A program made the position numbers and the translations under genes. A model generated the notes under the pieces. It made no database searches, was not told the origin of the DNA, and was given only the letters and a program-made list of their open reading frames with translations. This document shows positions 21,701 to 32,373 of a stretch of 64,000 nucleotides of DNA, in pieces (within the stretch, counting starts at the first letter, position 1; each line of letters begins with the position of its first letter). This DNA is from Williopsis jadinii (lineage: Eukaryota): the NCBI GenBank assembly GCA_024346625.1, contig AP024666.1, positions 1,860,001 to 1,924,000 on the forward strand. The letters run 5' to 3'.

Positions 21701-23239
21701 AAAGACGGCATTTGCTCTTATACAGCACTGGACTTGAATGATTTTCGGGAGATTGTAAGACAGTTGGTTTTTTATACGATTCACTTTAGACCTTGCCAAA
21801 TAACCACGCGCGAAGCTTTGAAGTTCAACAGTTTTATCATTTGGCTGTTGTGATTGCACATCATTGATTTCAGATCTCTGTAATTTACCTCTAATTATGG
21901 ATTGTAATTTTGTCACGTTAGCCTCCATACCACTAATATCCCTCGTATCCGTCTGATATTTCTTCAGTGATAGATGTCTTCTCACCAAGGATTGCAATTG
22001 GACAACGTTCTCAGCGACTGATTTTAACATGATTTTATCGATAAACATATTATAGCGGAAGATCGAACCTCTTGAAATAGATTGAAAACGAATGATATTG
22101 TTCAGAAGCTCACGGTCAGATAACTTTTTCTGTTTCCTTGGAGAAGCATCGTAACTTGACACAAGGCTATCAGCAAATGAAGAAGAATATTCAGGTACCA
22201 GTTGGGTCTGTACTGTTTCTTCTATCATCTTTGGTTCCAGGATTGTTTGTCGTGGCTCCCAGGCAGATTTCAATTTTCCAGTTGTGACCGGGAATGGAGG
22301 TGGTGAGCTAGTATCTTCAAATTCCAAGAATGGACTTTGCAAAGTACTCTTTCTGGAAGAAGAAGAAGAAGAAGTCGTTGGCACTTCAGGAGTCAATTTT
22401 TCCTTCAATGGCGGTATAGAAGAGGACTTTCGTGGGCTTTGTGGGATTTCCCTTCCGAATTGTTTAACCATTGAGTCAAAGTTTGGCAATTTGGCACCTC
22501 TCAAGCTTGTTTCTGATTTTTTTATATCCTCATGAGAGAAGTTTAACTTATCATTGAGCTTTTCAATTCCCGGGGTGTTTGCATCTTGTGACATCATGAA
22601 AGTCAACGCATGTAGACAAAAGATAACCTTTGGAATATCTTTTTTGTCATAAAGGTCAGTAAGTTCAAACCTGAACAAGTCAGGCATTTGAATCGAGTCC
22701 AAGAATTGGAAGAACACGTTGATGTTCTCAGTGTGCTTGAACTGCAACTTCCCTGCAGGAACAATCTTCTTGACAAGGTCAGGTCTAAAGTGTCTAGTCA
22801 ACTTTGCCAACACGACACCGTCTCTCAATCCGTCTGTTGCAAGTTCGGCTTCTGATGGAATATCTTCACCAATAACACCCTCTATCCACTTCTTTGCCTC
22901 GGAAATTCTGCATAGATATTCATAGCCTTTCTGGCTAGATCTATTGGATAACGTCCACTGTGGAGCAGGTTGCGCCTTTGAGTTCAACTCGTTGCCTGTG
23001 CCTCTCTTCAGCGGGGAAGGACTATCCAGTTTCAGACCGGCAATGGATTCCTCAAGCTTGGAGACGTTTGCAGTTTGTAATTTTGACGGGGTGCTCCTCT
23101 CAACAAAGACGTTGGAAGTCTTCAACCTCGTCGGTGACGACGGCGGAGTGTTCACCTTAGCGGATGGCTGTAGCGGTACTGACTGTTGAGGAAGATTATC
23201 CAGGTATCTAGATGCAATGCTCTTCTTTGGGCTCGCCAT
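18704..23239 (-). CDS. IQG1: IQGAP-related protein (CH domain, IQ repeats, RasGAP, RasGAP_C)
   Basis: YEYLCRISEAKKWIE CH domain, many LQxxxRG IQ motifs, FYLLQTQPLYL. Adjacent to CIN2, as in S. cerevisiae. Confidence 0.95.
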   Translation of the reverse strand: MASPKKSIASRYLDNLPQQSVPLQPSAKVNTPPSSPTRLKTSNVFVERSTPSKLQTANVSKLEESIAGLKLDSPSPLKRGTGNELNSKAQPAPQWTLSNRSSQKGYEYLCRISEAKKWIEGVIGEDIPSEAELATDGLRDGVVLAKLTRHFRPDLVKKIVPAGKLQFKHTENINVFFQFLDSIQMPDLFRFELTDLYDKKDIPKVIFCLHALTFMMSQDANTPGIEKLNDKLNFSHEDIKKSETSLRGAKLPNFDSMVKQFGREIPQSPRKSSSIPPLKEKLTPEVPTTSSSSSSRKSTLQSPFLEFEDTSSPPPFPVTTGKLKSAWEPRQTILEPKMIEETVQTQLVPEYSSSFADSLVSSYDASPRKQKKLSDRELLNNIIRFQSISRGSIFRYNMFIDKIMLKSVAENVVQLQSLVRRHLSLKKYQTDTRDISGMEANVTKLQSIIRGKLQRSEINDVQSQQPNDKTVELQSFARGYLARSKVNRIKNQLSYNLPKIIQVQCCIRANAVFDRSQKAIKSQEIITNFQAHIRRHLLYKKLHRSVKEAHTAEDAITIIQSQIRGSTVRSMLHIKKKLILTESIPILELQSIARAGLVRSKLNVILDNLDLQEPALNKFCSVVKGKLVRSRIKGIKRDLKASSQSVILTQSQVRGVLSRYGLELILDDVDYYLDEVVELQSLIRRYLYQKSKKEDMIYYEQHLEDIIKIQSVIRGKYLGNAYKSLISMHNPPLSVIRKFAYLLNDNDVDFEEEVKLTRLKESINEKTSSNELLEKHISQLDLKIALLQKNKITLDELLLQKNKDVRITASVSTIDVTSLNRRTKNRMELYEKFFYLLQTQPLYLTRLIHSDYRGTDLALKVFHDLQSKDLPTREEYLFIRLVDSLLSDFISKSQSIHDLWKHNTTGWQRLLHTFNETQTVPLRSLFGTMVENVLNDEDLDFESDPLIIYQKVNNTPKILPVDKAIEDESTKQAFVYNLQQLREYGSEIFRIISDNVKLIPIHVRLLAKSAYVTSAKKFPHLLEQDHLGNAGFVLINGYIRTIFESYDKFGVSPLNKATRADKNLHGICKLLTQMFVMKPFGSSDIYLQPLNKFINSSLEGIRSLIKSVIDVSEIDTVYNMTVYDDMTAHKRPKLTLRISDMLSMNQLIDKYIDIVAPLSDDTLREILIELRSCNTGDITRLNGYYTLNLNPSSYRASPDDNITKSLLMQAKRCVLYLVQVQDEYNDLFNLLKSKIDPIDEIKFKRIINAENKDIEHNRVNDYTNNGQGFLGDLTKISYHKLKEIALERILELETMSIVTRRDSFQLLLNEIAHDIRTKHDQRLSRKKQLSIAQNTLSRLGEKNKFLEDQLKAYNHHIDKSMEELQSKPTKPKRILPFTKQFFYERELKKSGKLPKFGAYKYSSKRLYEKGVLVELRGLDQNLNSSGSSFFGSMNFPKVDFMFSCDRAGEFNISCKSSSIAVNGNLETLTIDQFLEYQFENKSKISLFGGMAKFDTNCLIDFIFKKFYHNES

Positions 23240-23355
23240 AGTGACCTGCTGTGCTCTTCTTCCTTCACCTTCGTTGTGATTTTTGACTAGTTGATAAAGG
23301 GAAGAAAGCAAAACAATGTGAAACAACCACAAAAGCAAAATAAACAACGGCCTCG

Positions 23356-23410
23356 CCTAATTAAAATTCGGAAAAGGTAAACAGACGGGGCTTCATAACC
23401 ATTTGTTTAC
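23356..23410. promoter_or_regulatory. Forkhead (GTAAACA) sites with an adjacent Mcm1-like sequence upstream of IQG1
   Basis: GTAAACA at 23377-23383, TGTTTAC at 23404-23410, cctaatt...cggaaa half sites. Confidence 0.45.
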
Positions 23411-23550
23411 CTTTTTTTCCTTCCCGCGAGTTCGATTTGTTACTTTTTTGTTCTGTTACTTTTCTGTTTTGCTTACTTGTTCAGTGTGTTTCAAAGCACA
23501 ACGCTGAAATACAAAGGCCCTTGTGGTGCTTAGCGTTGATTATATAATGC

Positions 23551-24267
23551 CTATACACCCATTTGTAGTATTTCTTCTCTTCTTTTCAGTACGGAGTGGT
23601 CGAACTGAACGAGAGTGAAGTTTGGGCTTTTCCCGTTCGGATAGTCAAAATCGTCGATTTCGACTCCATGAACTTGTAGCCCATGGCAGTTTTCGATAAC
23701 GGCTCGTCCAGATGGGATCGTAGCGTCTATTTGACAGTTAGACAGGCCGTGTAGTCTTAGCTGATGACAGCTGATGAAGAATAGACAAGATGAAGCGGTT
23801 TGGATGAAAACAGGGCCTGAGCACTCGACCACGAACGTGCAATTGTTGACACTCTTGAGTGTTACTGTGGAGGCGTTCTTGATTCTAACAGTACAACTAT
23901 CCAGCTCTGTGAGAAGGACGTTAGACTGTCCAAGCGTTAGATGTGTCCCCTTGACGCCGGTGACAGTGGGCGTCACTGCGCTGTCTTCGAACTTCTTCAG
24001 TTCCTTTCTGTTGGGCTCCGGTTGACGACTGCGCTGTGTGAACCTGAACCTTGTCTTGGGCTTATCCAGAGATTCCAATTCACGCTTGATCGCCTCGCTG
24101 TACGACAACTGTTGATAACTCGGCAGAAGGTGTGCAACCGCTTCCACTTCTTTCTTGAGCTGTGCTATCGCATTCCTCTTGTCATCCTGCGAACGAATCG
24201 CTTCGATACTCTTTATGCATGAATTGAAATGTGTATGGAACTCGCCAATATCAACCTTTCCAGCCAT
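23551..24267 (-). CDS. CIN2: Tubulin-folding cofactor C
   Basis: LPSYQQ, KTRFRF and beta-helix CHQLRLH...AVIENC...IDDFDY motifs; ATG at 24267. Confidence 0.85.
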   Translation of the reverse strand: MAGKVDIGEFHTHFNSCIKSIEAIRSQDDKRNAIAQLKKEVEAVAHLLPSYQQLSYSEAIKRELESLDKPKTRFRFTQRSRQPEPNRKELKKFEDSAVTPTVTGVKGTHLTLGQSNVLLTELDSCTVRIKNASTVTLKSVNNCTFVVECSGPVFIQTASSCLFFISCHQLRLHGLSNCQIDATIPSGRAVIENCHGLQVHGVEIDDFDYPNGKSPNFTLVQFDHSVLKRREEILQMGV

Positions 24268-24646
24268 GATGGAGATGGGAATTCCTTCCATCATTGGCAT
24301 CAATGAATGGCATAAAAGTCCAAAAGTGGAAATACTTCCGGACATCGCCAAGGGTAACAGCAATATCCGATAGAAACACGCTAATGCCGCGTATCACCGA
24401 AAAAGCCATAGCAGATCCGACAAAATTCCTTTAAAGGGCAAGCAGTGGGAAAAAGAAGAACTGGAAAGAAAAGTTTTCCCACTCTTGTCTGCTCTCTATC
24501 TTCATCTAGACAGTGGGATAGTTGAAGTGTGGTAGAAAGACCCGTCCGTATATCCTTTGTGCGGTTGGCTGTGTGTTTCATTTTGACCATAGGACAGACT
24601 ACTATTACAAACACACAGCGTGCGATTGGTTACACTTCACCACAAG

Positions 24647-25534
24647 ATGAACTTCTTACAAAGCATATTCAAGAAAGATCACTCAGCGGAGAGAGACCGG
24701 GAGATTAGTGAGGTTGTGCCGATCAGTGAATGCTCTCATGAGTGTGAATCGTGCACCACGAAGTACCCATCCTCCGTCAAGATTGACACTTCTGAGGACA
24801 TCTACAACAGTGCTAAGCAAACAGCTTGCCATTTCATCGTCCCTACAGGCCAAAGCGACTGGCAACATGACGCTACAAGCACACCGCACTCCATTGAAAA
24901 CAACATTGTGCAATGGATTGAAAAGGAATCATCAGGGTTGTTTGACCATGGAAGCGTTAAATGCTCGACGTCTTCTCTTCCTATTGACTTTATGGATCCC
25001 AAAGCCATGGAGCGTCAGCGTGGTGATGTCCTGATCATGCCTTTCTTTGTATGGGTTCGTCGTGTTGATGCTGACAACGTTGGCTCGGTGCTCTCAGAGC
25101 TGATTCCACAGCTCATCAAAGCCCGCAATGAACAGGCGCAACCACCAGCTGAGATTCAGGGCTACGCTGTGGATAAGACTGAGGCCCGTGCATACATCTT
25201 TCTGTGCTCACACAAGACCAGAGATAAACGCTGTGCGATTACTGCACCGTTGATGAAGAAAGAGATGGATGCCAGACTAAGAGAAACCGGCAATTACAGA
25301 GATATTGGCGACGATAGCGAGGATGGTGTACACGTATCCTTCATCAACCACGTTGGTGGTCACAAGTTCGCAGCCAATGTGATAATCTACCTTAGAACAG
25401 GTGAGATCTTGTGGCTAGCGAGATGTACACCAGCAACTGCCAAACCCATCATCGACGAAACAGTACTAGGAGGTGGTAAAGTCTGGGGTGATCTTGTCAG
25501 AGTTGTTCAGAAGGAGAAGGCTATAGAATGGTGA
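24647..25534 (+). CDS. APD1: Apd1 thioredoxin-like ferredoxin (2Fe-2S, sucrase/ferredoxin family)
   Basis: CSHKTRDKRC and HVGGHKFAANV ligand motifs; N-terminal CxxxCxxC. Confidence 0.9.
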   Translation: MNFLQSIFKKDHSAERDREISEVVPISECSHECESCTTKYPSSVKIDTSEDIYNSAKQTACHFIVPTGQSDWQHDATSTPHSIENNIVQWIEKESSGLFDHGSVKCSTSSLPIDFMDPKAMERQRGDVLIMPFFVWVRRVDADNVGSVLSELIPQLIKARNEQAQPPAEIQGYAVDKTEARAYIFLCSHKTRDKRCAITAPLMKKEMDARLRETGNYRDIGDDSEDGVHVSFINHVGGHKFAANVIIYLRTGEILWLARCTPATAKPIIDETVLGGGKVWGDLVRVVQKEKAIEW

Positions 25535-25862
25535 CCAATATAGAACTAATATACCCAACTTATTTGCTATGTAATGAATTTATCATTCTAATACGAATAT
25601 AATAGCTTAGACATAGAGTACAAAACACGCCTTAAATTTCCGATTTCCAGAACATTCCGAAAACCAACAAAAAAAACAAAATCGCGGCGCGTACGCGCCT
25701 GCTCGCTAAGCAAAAAAAAAGACAGACACAAAAATGATAAAATGGACAGATGGTCTCCCACCAAAAGTAAACAATCGAATAACAACAAAGCTGAGTTTTC
25801 AGTTATCAAAACCGGCAGAGGATTGAACCAGCGGGTCTGTTACAGCTGAGCTTACTTACAAG

Positions 25863-28800
25863 ATGGAGGTACCGCCGAGAAAGAAGGTCAAGCCCTTTTC
25901 TGTGGTGGATTTGACGAGGAGCAGCGGGTCAGAATCTGATGACGATGATATCATCATCACGGGCATACACCACGTCACAGCGCTGGCTGGGCAGAGTGAA
26001 ACAGCCCACCAGGTTCCTCTGAAGAGACTTCACGGTGGGGATGCCGTTATTGTTACGGGCTCAAATGGGAGGCCAGAGGGACGCGCTCATGCTGACGGCG
26101 GAAGACAACATACACTGGTAGCTCCAGTAGCATCGCCGCTAAATCGTGTTATAGCGGGGCCAGTCACTGAACAAGGAAGCTCGTCCAAAGATCTTGAGAG
26201 CGGTTCAAGGGCTGTGGCTATGACTGCCCGTCAGGGACTCGATAGAATGACAACAAGTGCTGCAGTTCAAGGCCCAGTGGCTAACAACACCATCCACAAC
26301 AACCCACGGGCCTATGGACAGCAACCCGTGTTATCTGCTACTCATAGACCTGGATGGATTAATCCACAGCTTAACAGGGACGGTGGGCTCTCTGAAGGAG
26401 CCACGTTCAAGTTTGTGCCGAAAAACAAACAAACTTATGGTCAAGTCACTGTTAAAGCAGATCCAGCCATATCCGTGAACCCTACAGACAATTATATGGG
26501 GATTCAAGGCTTGAAGATTCTTGACTCTGGGGCGATACAGTACCAGAACACTGTTTTCCACAGTATGCAAGATGTGAAGGCACGACAAGCTGAGCTTGAG
26601 CAAAGAATCTCTAAGTACAAGATTGGTCTCGAGGCTTTGGCCTTAAGAGAAAAGCATAGACCTGGGAGACTTGTTGAGCTCAAGCGTAATAGAGACCAAC
26701 TGCTTAGATTGGGCTTGGATGAGTCTAACGAAAAGGTTGCGTCTTTGCAGAAGGAAATGCAACGTCTTTCATCACAAGCGAAGGAAAACTTCAAGAAGAA
26801 AGCTGAGGTTGAACATGGGATGAAACGGACTAAAAAGAAACTGCAACTGTTTGTCAACACTGCTAAGCCGAAGATCTGTGCGCTTCTTGATGAAAAGATG
26901 AAGAAAGAGAAAGCTGAGCGTCTCGAAAAGCTCGAAAGAAGTAGAAAACATGCTGAGGAGATGAGATTACAGAAGGAGAGAAGTTTAGCTGAGGCTGTAG
27001 CCAATGGTAGTCAGAATGGAGGTGCTTCAAGCTCCGACCAGCTTCAACAATTACGACAGGTGCTTCAGAATGGTCGATATCAACAGATGATGGAAGAGGT
27101 TCGTGCCAGGGAAGAAAGAAATAAGGCAGAGCTGGAACGCAGAAGGAAGGAGGAAGAGAGGAACGCTATGCTACGACGTAACCCACTAGGTCTCAATGTT
27201 TACAACACAGATGACTTGCTCAGCCTTCTAACGTCGGTGAAGAAGCAAGAGGAACAGGAAGTTGAAGGGGAGTCAAACACTCCCAACGATCTCTCCGTCA
27301 ATCTGTTACCTCACCAGAAACGTGGTTTGAAATGGCTTGAAGATACTGAGGACGATCATAAGAAATGCGGTGGTATCCTTGCAGACGCTATGGGTTTAGG
27401 TAAAACTGTGCAAATGATCGCTCTCATGCTTTCACGTCGGGCGAAAGAGTATGACGAGGAAGCAGAGCTGGATCCTCAATCTCCAAAGGCAAATATTGCT
27501 TCATATGGCTGTACAAATTTAATAGTTGCACCTGTGTCGTTGATGAACCAATGGAAGGGGGAGATGGAGACGAAAGTGAAAGCTTCTGCCAATTTGACTG
27601 TCTTCATGTATCATTCTATGGCTGGCCGTAGAGTCACCTTTGATCAGTTGAAGAAATACGACGTTGTTCTTGTGTCGTATGGTACCTTATCGTCTGAGTT
27701 CAAGAAGCATTGCAACATTCCGGGATTCGAAAAGTCTTTTGATATGAAAACACCACCGAATATGAGAATGGTGAATGATTTGAAGAAAGACGGGGACTAT
27801 ATATCACTGTTCTTCTCAAAGGACTCAAAGTTCTACAGAATCGTGCTAGATGAATCCCAGCAGATCAAAAACAAGCTTACAAAGGCTTCCATCTCAACAG
27901 CTTGTTTGGACGGTTATTACAGATGGTGTCTCTCTGGTACACCAATGCAAAATAATGTTGGTGAATTGTTTCCATTGTTGAGATTCTTACGTATTAAACC
28001 ATATAATGTCGAGTCCAATTTCAAAAAGGATATCCTACATTTCTTGGAAAAGAAACGTGAACCGCACGAATATGGGGTTGATACCGAAGATGGGTATTAT
28101 ACTGAAGCTGCGATGAACAAATTGCGTATTCTTCTGAGAAGTGTGATGCTCAGGCGTGAGAAGACCTCGCTGATTGATGGTAAGCCTATTCTGGACCTCC
28201 CCGAGAAGACTGTTACCAAGGAGTATGTCAGCATTCAAACGAATGAAGCAGAGGCCACTTTCTACAGCAGCATTGAAGGTAAAGCACAGGAGCAGGTGGC
28301 GAGGATCCTTAATAGTCGTAACGTTGCCAAAGGTGACTATTCGTACATTTTTGTTCAATTGCTTCGTTTGAGACAAGCCTGTCTACACTCTGAGCTGGTT
28401 CGTATTGGTGATCGTAAGAAAGGTGTTCGCTACGACGCCGATGGTAATGTTGTTTCCACCGCAAATGTGGATTCTATGGTGAAGAACTCGGAGAAGTTCC
28501 AACCAGAAACCGTCAGACGTATCAACGAAGAAATGGAGGAAGGCATTACATGTCCAATCTGCTATGAAGAACCAGAACCAGAGGCGTACACTTTATTCTT
28601 TCCATGTGGACATGCCATCTGCAAGGAGTGCGTTGAATCCTACTTTGAACAGTTCCAAGAAGGTATGAACAATGATAACGTTCGCTTTGCCAAATGTATG
28701 AGCTGTCGGATCCTAGTGAACGAGAATGCTATCGTTGATTGTGAGGTTTTTGATAAGCATGTGAACCACAATCAAAGTGTTGAGATGATTCGCATCGTCA

Positions 28801-29409
28801 TGGAGGAGAGGAACAAAGCAGCTAGGAAGGAAGCAGAGAAAATCAAGAATGGTGGAGCTGGAGTATTCGCCAAAGGTGAAGGGGTGTATTGAACTATTAG
28901 AGAAGATTTGGTCAGAAAATCCTGATGATAAAGTCATCATCTTTTCAAATTTCACCTCTTTCTTTGTGATTTTAAGAAAATTCATCAACGACAAGCTTCA
29001 AGTTGAACCATTGCAATACCTCGGTTCTATGAATGTCGATGAGAGGAACCAATGTGTTAAGGAGTTTTATCGTAACGCAGAGAGTAAACTGATGTTGATC
29101 TCTCTAAAAGCTGGTAATGCCGGTTTAACGCTAACATGTGCCAACCACGTTATCATCATGGACCCATTTTGGAACCCATACGTTGAATTACAAGCGCAGG
29201 ATCGTTGCCATAGAATTGGTCAGGTAAAGCCTGTGACTGTTCATCGCTTGTTGATGCAGGACACCGTCGAGGATCGTATCATGAAGCTGCAGCTCATGAA
29301 GGAGACGTTGATTGAAGGTGCCATAGATCCACAGGGCATGAGAAACGTTTCCAGGCTCTCCAGGGAGGACATTGCAGGGTTGTTCAACATCAGACCGTCA
29401 CGTACGTAG
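25863..29409 (+). CDS. ULS1: SNF2-family helicase/RING ubiquitin ligase (Uls1-like), split by a +1 frameshift near 28850
   Basis: SIM-like VVDLT/IIITG, GGILADAMGLGKT, RIVLDES, CLSGTPMQN and RING CPIC...CGHAIC...CMSCR. Helicase-C (SLKAGNAGLTL, QAQDRCHRIGQ) lies in the +1 frame at 28849-29409. Confidence 0.8.
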
Positions 29410-29464
29410 AGCTTTGACGCTCATCATATCCTTTTCCTCTTTCAATTATAATACTTATATATAC

Positions 29465-30153
29465 TTATTTTTGTTTCGCAGCCTGTACAAAACGTCTAAT
29501 CTTTTCATGGTCCTTCACACCATCTGTCTCGACACCACTACTCACGTCAACACCAATGACTCCCTTGATGTTGACAGCATCACCAACGTTCAGAGGTGTC
29601 AATCCACCTGCCAACACATAAGTGGACCCTGATTCCTCGCCCCACTGGTTCAACTCGTCCAATTCAATGTTGTGCCTTCACCACCGGCTTCTGAGTCAAA
29701 TAGCGTCAGAATCTGACTGGCAAGGTTTACATTGGCAATCTCCTTATCATTTGGAACGAATCTGGTGATCACAGGCACTTTGATCTTTGCTATGTACTCA
29801 CTTCTCGGCTCAGAGCCGTGGAGTTGGACAAAGTCAAGTCCCAGTGACTCAACAGCGTTGTTGATATCTTCCACCGATTGATTACGAAACACTCCAACGG
29901 CGTATGGACCATTCTCAGCTATCAACTTGTAAGCAGACTCGGTCCAATGGGCCTTATCGAGGTTGCTGAGGAGGTCTATGCTGGACATAGATTGTCTCTC
30001 CTTACACAGCTGAGCTATTGAAGAGGCAACCTCAGGATCCACAGTACGGTCTCTGTTGGGCACCATGATGAACCCGACGAGGTCAGCACCCGAGTCCAGG
30101 GCCACGAGAGCACTTTCAACGTCTTTCAGCCCACAAATCTTCACCAAAGTCAT
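29465..30153 (-). CDS. TRP1: Phosphoribosylanthranilate isomerase, with an apparent 1-nt deletion at about 29659
   Basis: LVKICGL, VGVFRNQ, VQLHGSE and FDSEAGGEG, then LAGGLTPLNV and GVDVSSGVET in another frame. Adding one G restores LNWDELNQW. Confidence 0.9.
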
Positions 30154-30281
30154 TGGATTTCCGTCCCTTTGTTGATGTTGATGTTGATGGCTCCGAGATG
30201 AAGTGAAAAAGAGCGGAGTGAAAAACTTTCTCGAGAGCCTCAACCCATAATTCAGCACCAGGGGCGTAAACTAAAGGGAAG

Positions 30282-31643
30282 ATGGAATCGTACAGAAGCG
30301 CACTTGAAGAGTTAGAGACCATTGAGTATGAGATAACACAACGAATCAGGCGTAATCCCGAGCTGGTGAAGCTTTCAAGCGAGGTGCTGAGGAACAAGAA
30401 GAAGAGGCCGTACAAAGAGATGCTACTACAGCAACATGAGATCAAGAGATTTACCGAGAATTACAAGAAAAGGTGTAAATTGGACGAGGACTCGACGTTT
30501 CCGCTGATGTCGCTGGATGAGTTCGATGCTCTGTTACAGGTGATTAAGGAGGAAAGCGCAAATTCCATAGTGAAGCCGTTGTCTGCGTCATACAGTATGG
30601 GCAGCTCCAAGGTTACAATTTTGAGTGAGATTGGCGGTGATTTGACCCTCAGAGGGATGTTCAGCGGAGAGGAGTTCCAAGGTAAGTGCCTTGACCTGGT
30701 CCAGTTCCATGAACAGTGGTTACAACTGTCTACTGACAAGGTTGGGTACGTTCAGTATCTCCAAATCTTTGATAAGTTTGGGATAACTGACGACTCCGTG
30801 ACCAAGAACTCAGAGTACTTGAAGTACCTCATTTCCATGTTTGACTATATGAAAGGGTTCTTGCAGAGATCCCTGCCATTGTTTGAGCTGGAGTCATTCA
30901 TCACAGAGGCCACTGAACGCTTCACCACTGATAACTTATACTGTGAACCGTGCGGACGAACGTTCACCAAGAAAACCGTGTTTGACTCTCATCTGACAGG
31001 CAAGAAACATCTCAAGAATGTCCAGACGAAGAAGCAGTCGAGGGACTTCAAGATGTACGAGTTTCTCATTGCATCCTTAACCACAGGAGTGCTTGCTGAG
31101 ACTCGCAAGAACACCATCGACAACACGATCAGAAGAATGGCCCTCAGTGAAAGGGAACGGCTCATTGAAATCGACCAGCTGGCACAAGAGGAGGAGCTTT
31201 CTAGTGGAAACGATGACGATGACGATGACCAAGGAGAGCAAGAGGAACACGGGGATGGACAGGCACTATCATTCAACCCACACAACCTCCCACTGGGATC
31301 AGATGGCCATCCCATCCCATTCTGGCTCTACAAGCTCTACGGCTTGAAGATCGAATACCCATGCGAAATATGTGCCTTCAAGTACAGAGGACGGAAGGCA
31401 TTCAACAAGCACTTCACCGAGATTCGTCATGCCCAGGGCCTCAAGGCCCATGGCATTGAGCCCAGTGAGATGCTCAAGGGTATAACCTCCATCAACGAAG
31501 CAGTGACGCTGTGGAACAGCATAAAGAAACAGCAGAGAGATGAAGTTGGGCTCAAGGAGAATGCTGTTGAAGTCGAGGATGAAGAAGGCAACGTCATGAG
31601 TGAAAAGGTCTATAATGATTTGAAGAGACAGGGCCTTGTATAG
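30282..31643 (+). CDS. PRP9: U2 snRNP SF3a subunit (SF3A3)
   Basis: Zinc fingers YCEPC...HLTGKKH and CEIC...HF...RH; NPHNLPLGSDGHPIPFWLYKL; EVEDEEGNVMSEKVYNDLKRQGL. Confidence 0.93.
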   Translation: MESYRSALEELETIEYEITQRIRRNPELVKLSSEVLRNKKKRPYKEMLLQQHEIKRFTENYKKRCKLDEDSTFPLMSLDEFDALLQVIKEESANSIVKPLSASYSMGSSKVTILSEIGGDLTLRGMFSGEEFQGKCLDLVQFHEQWLQLSTDKVGYVQYLQIFDKFGITDDSVTKNSEYLKYLISMFDYMKGFLQRSLPLFELESFITEATERFTTDNLYCEPCGRTFTKKTVFDSHLTGKKHLKNVQTKKQSRDFKMYEFLIASLTTGVLAETRKNTIDNTIRRMALSERERLIEIDQLAQEEELSSGNDDDDDDQGEQEEHGDGQALSFNPHNLPLGSDGHPIPFWLYKLYGLKIEYPCEICAFKYRGRKAFNKHFTEIRHAQGLKAHGIEPSEMLKGITSINEAVTLWNSIKKQQRDEVGLKENAVEVEDEEGNVMSEKVYNDLKRQGLV

Positions 31644-31893
31644 TTGGTAATTTTGGCGCAATAGAGATTTCCTAATTCGTAAGAGTTTTCGCAAATCAGC
31701 GCAGATCTGAAAATTGCACATTTCGCGAAAAAAAGTTCGTAATTTCTCGCAAAAAATTTTTCAGGGATTTTTCCGTTTCGCTTTTAGCAAAAAAGGAAAA
31801 AAATCATCAAAGCTGGACAGCTTTTTAGATAAACAAACCCAGTCAGATTCGACCAAAAGCGAGCGGAAAAAGCCATCAGAAACAAAGAAAGAG

Positions 31894-32301
31894 ATGTCCG
31901 GTACTTTCCTCTTTATCTCTGCTGTTGTCATCAACGCAGTAAATCTTTTCCTCCAGGTGTTCTTCACCATTATGTACGGAGATTTGGAGTGTGATTACAT
32001 CAACCCGATTGAGCTGTGTAACAAGTTGAACAAGTACATCGTTCCAGAGGCAGCAGTACACGCCTTCTTAACGTTCCTGTTCTTGATCACAGGACACTGG
32101 TTCACGTTCTTGCTGAACTTGCCATTGGTTGTCTTCAACGCGATGAAGATCACCAAGAACAACCACTTGTTGGATGCCACTGAAATCTTCAGAACTTTGA
32201 ACAAGCAAAAGAAGGAGTCCTTCATCAAATTGGGATTCCATCTGTTCCTATTCTTCTACTACCTATACAGAATGATCCTTGCACTCATTGAAGATGATTG
32301 A
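31894..32301 (+). CDS. ERV14: Cornichon-family ER cargo receptor
   Basis: [13 protein letters not shown] and [11 protein letters not shown] motifs. Convergent with AME1, as S. cerevisiae ERV15/AME1 are. Confidence 0.93.
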   Translation: MSGTFLFISAVVINAVNLFLQVFFTIMYGDLECDYINPIELCNKLNKYIVPEAAVHAFLTFLFLITGHWFTFLLNLPLVVFNAMKITKNNHLLDATEIFRTLNKQKKESFIKLGFHLFLFFYYLYRMILALIEDD

Positions 32302-32373
32302 GGGAAATTAGTACATACAACACAGATTCAATGTATCATTCACTCACATCATTTTATACACACAACACACTTA

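Noticed and set aside
28790..28892. Programmed +1 ribosomal frameshift or micro-intron in the ULS1-like gene
   Set aside because: No known yeast slippery heptamer in frame and no donor/branch/acceptor set; an indel is simpler.
31640..31810. Poly(A/T)-flanked CGCG-like palindromes (also ~1275, ~8375, ~25686)
   Set aside because: Typical nucleosome-depleting/RSC-type promoter sequence; not distinctive.
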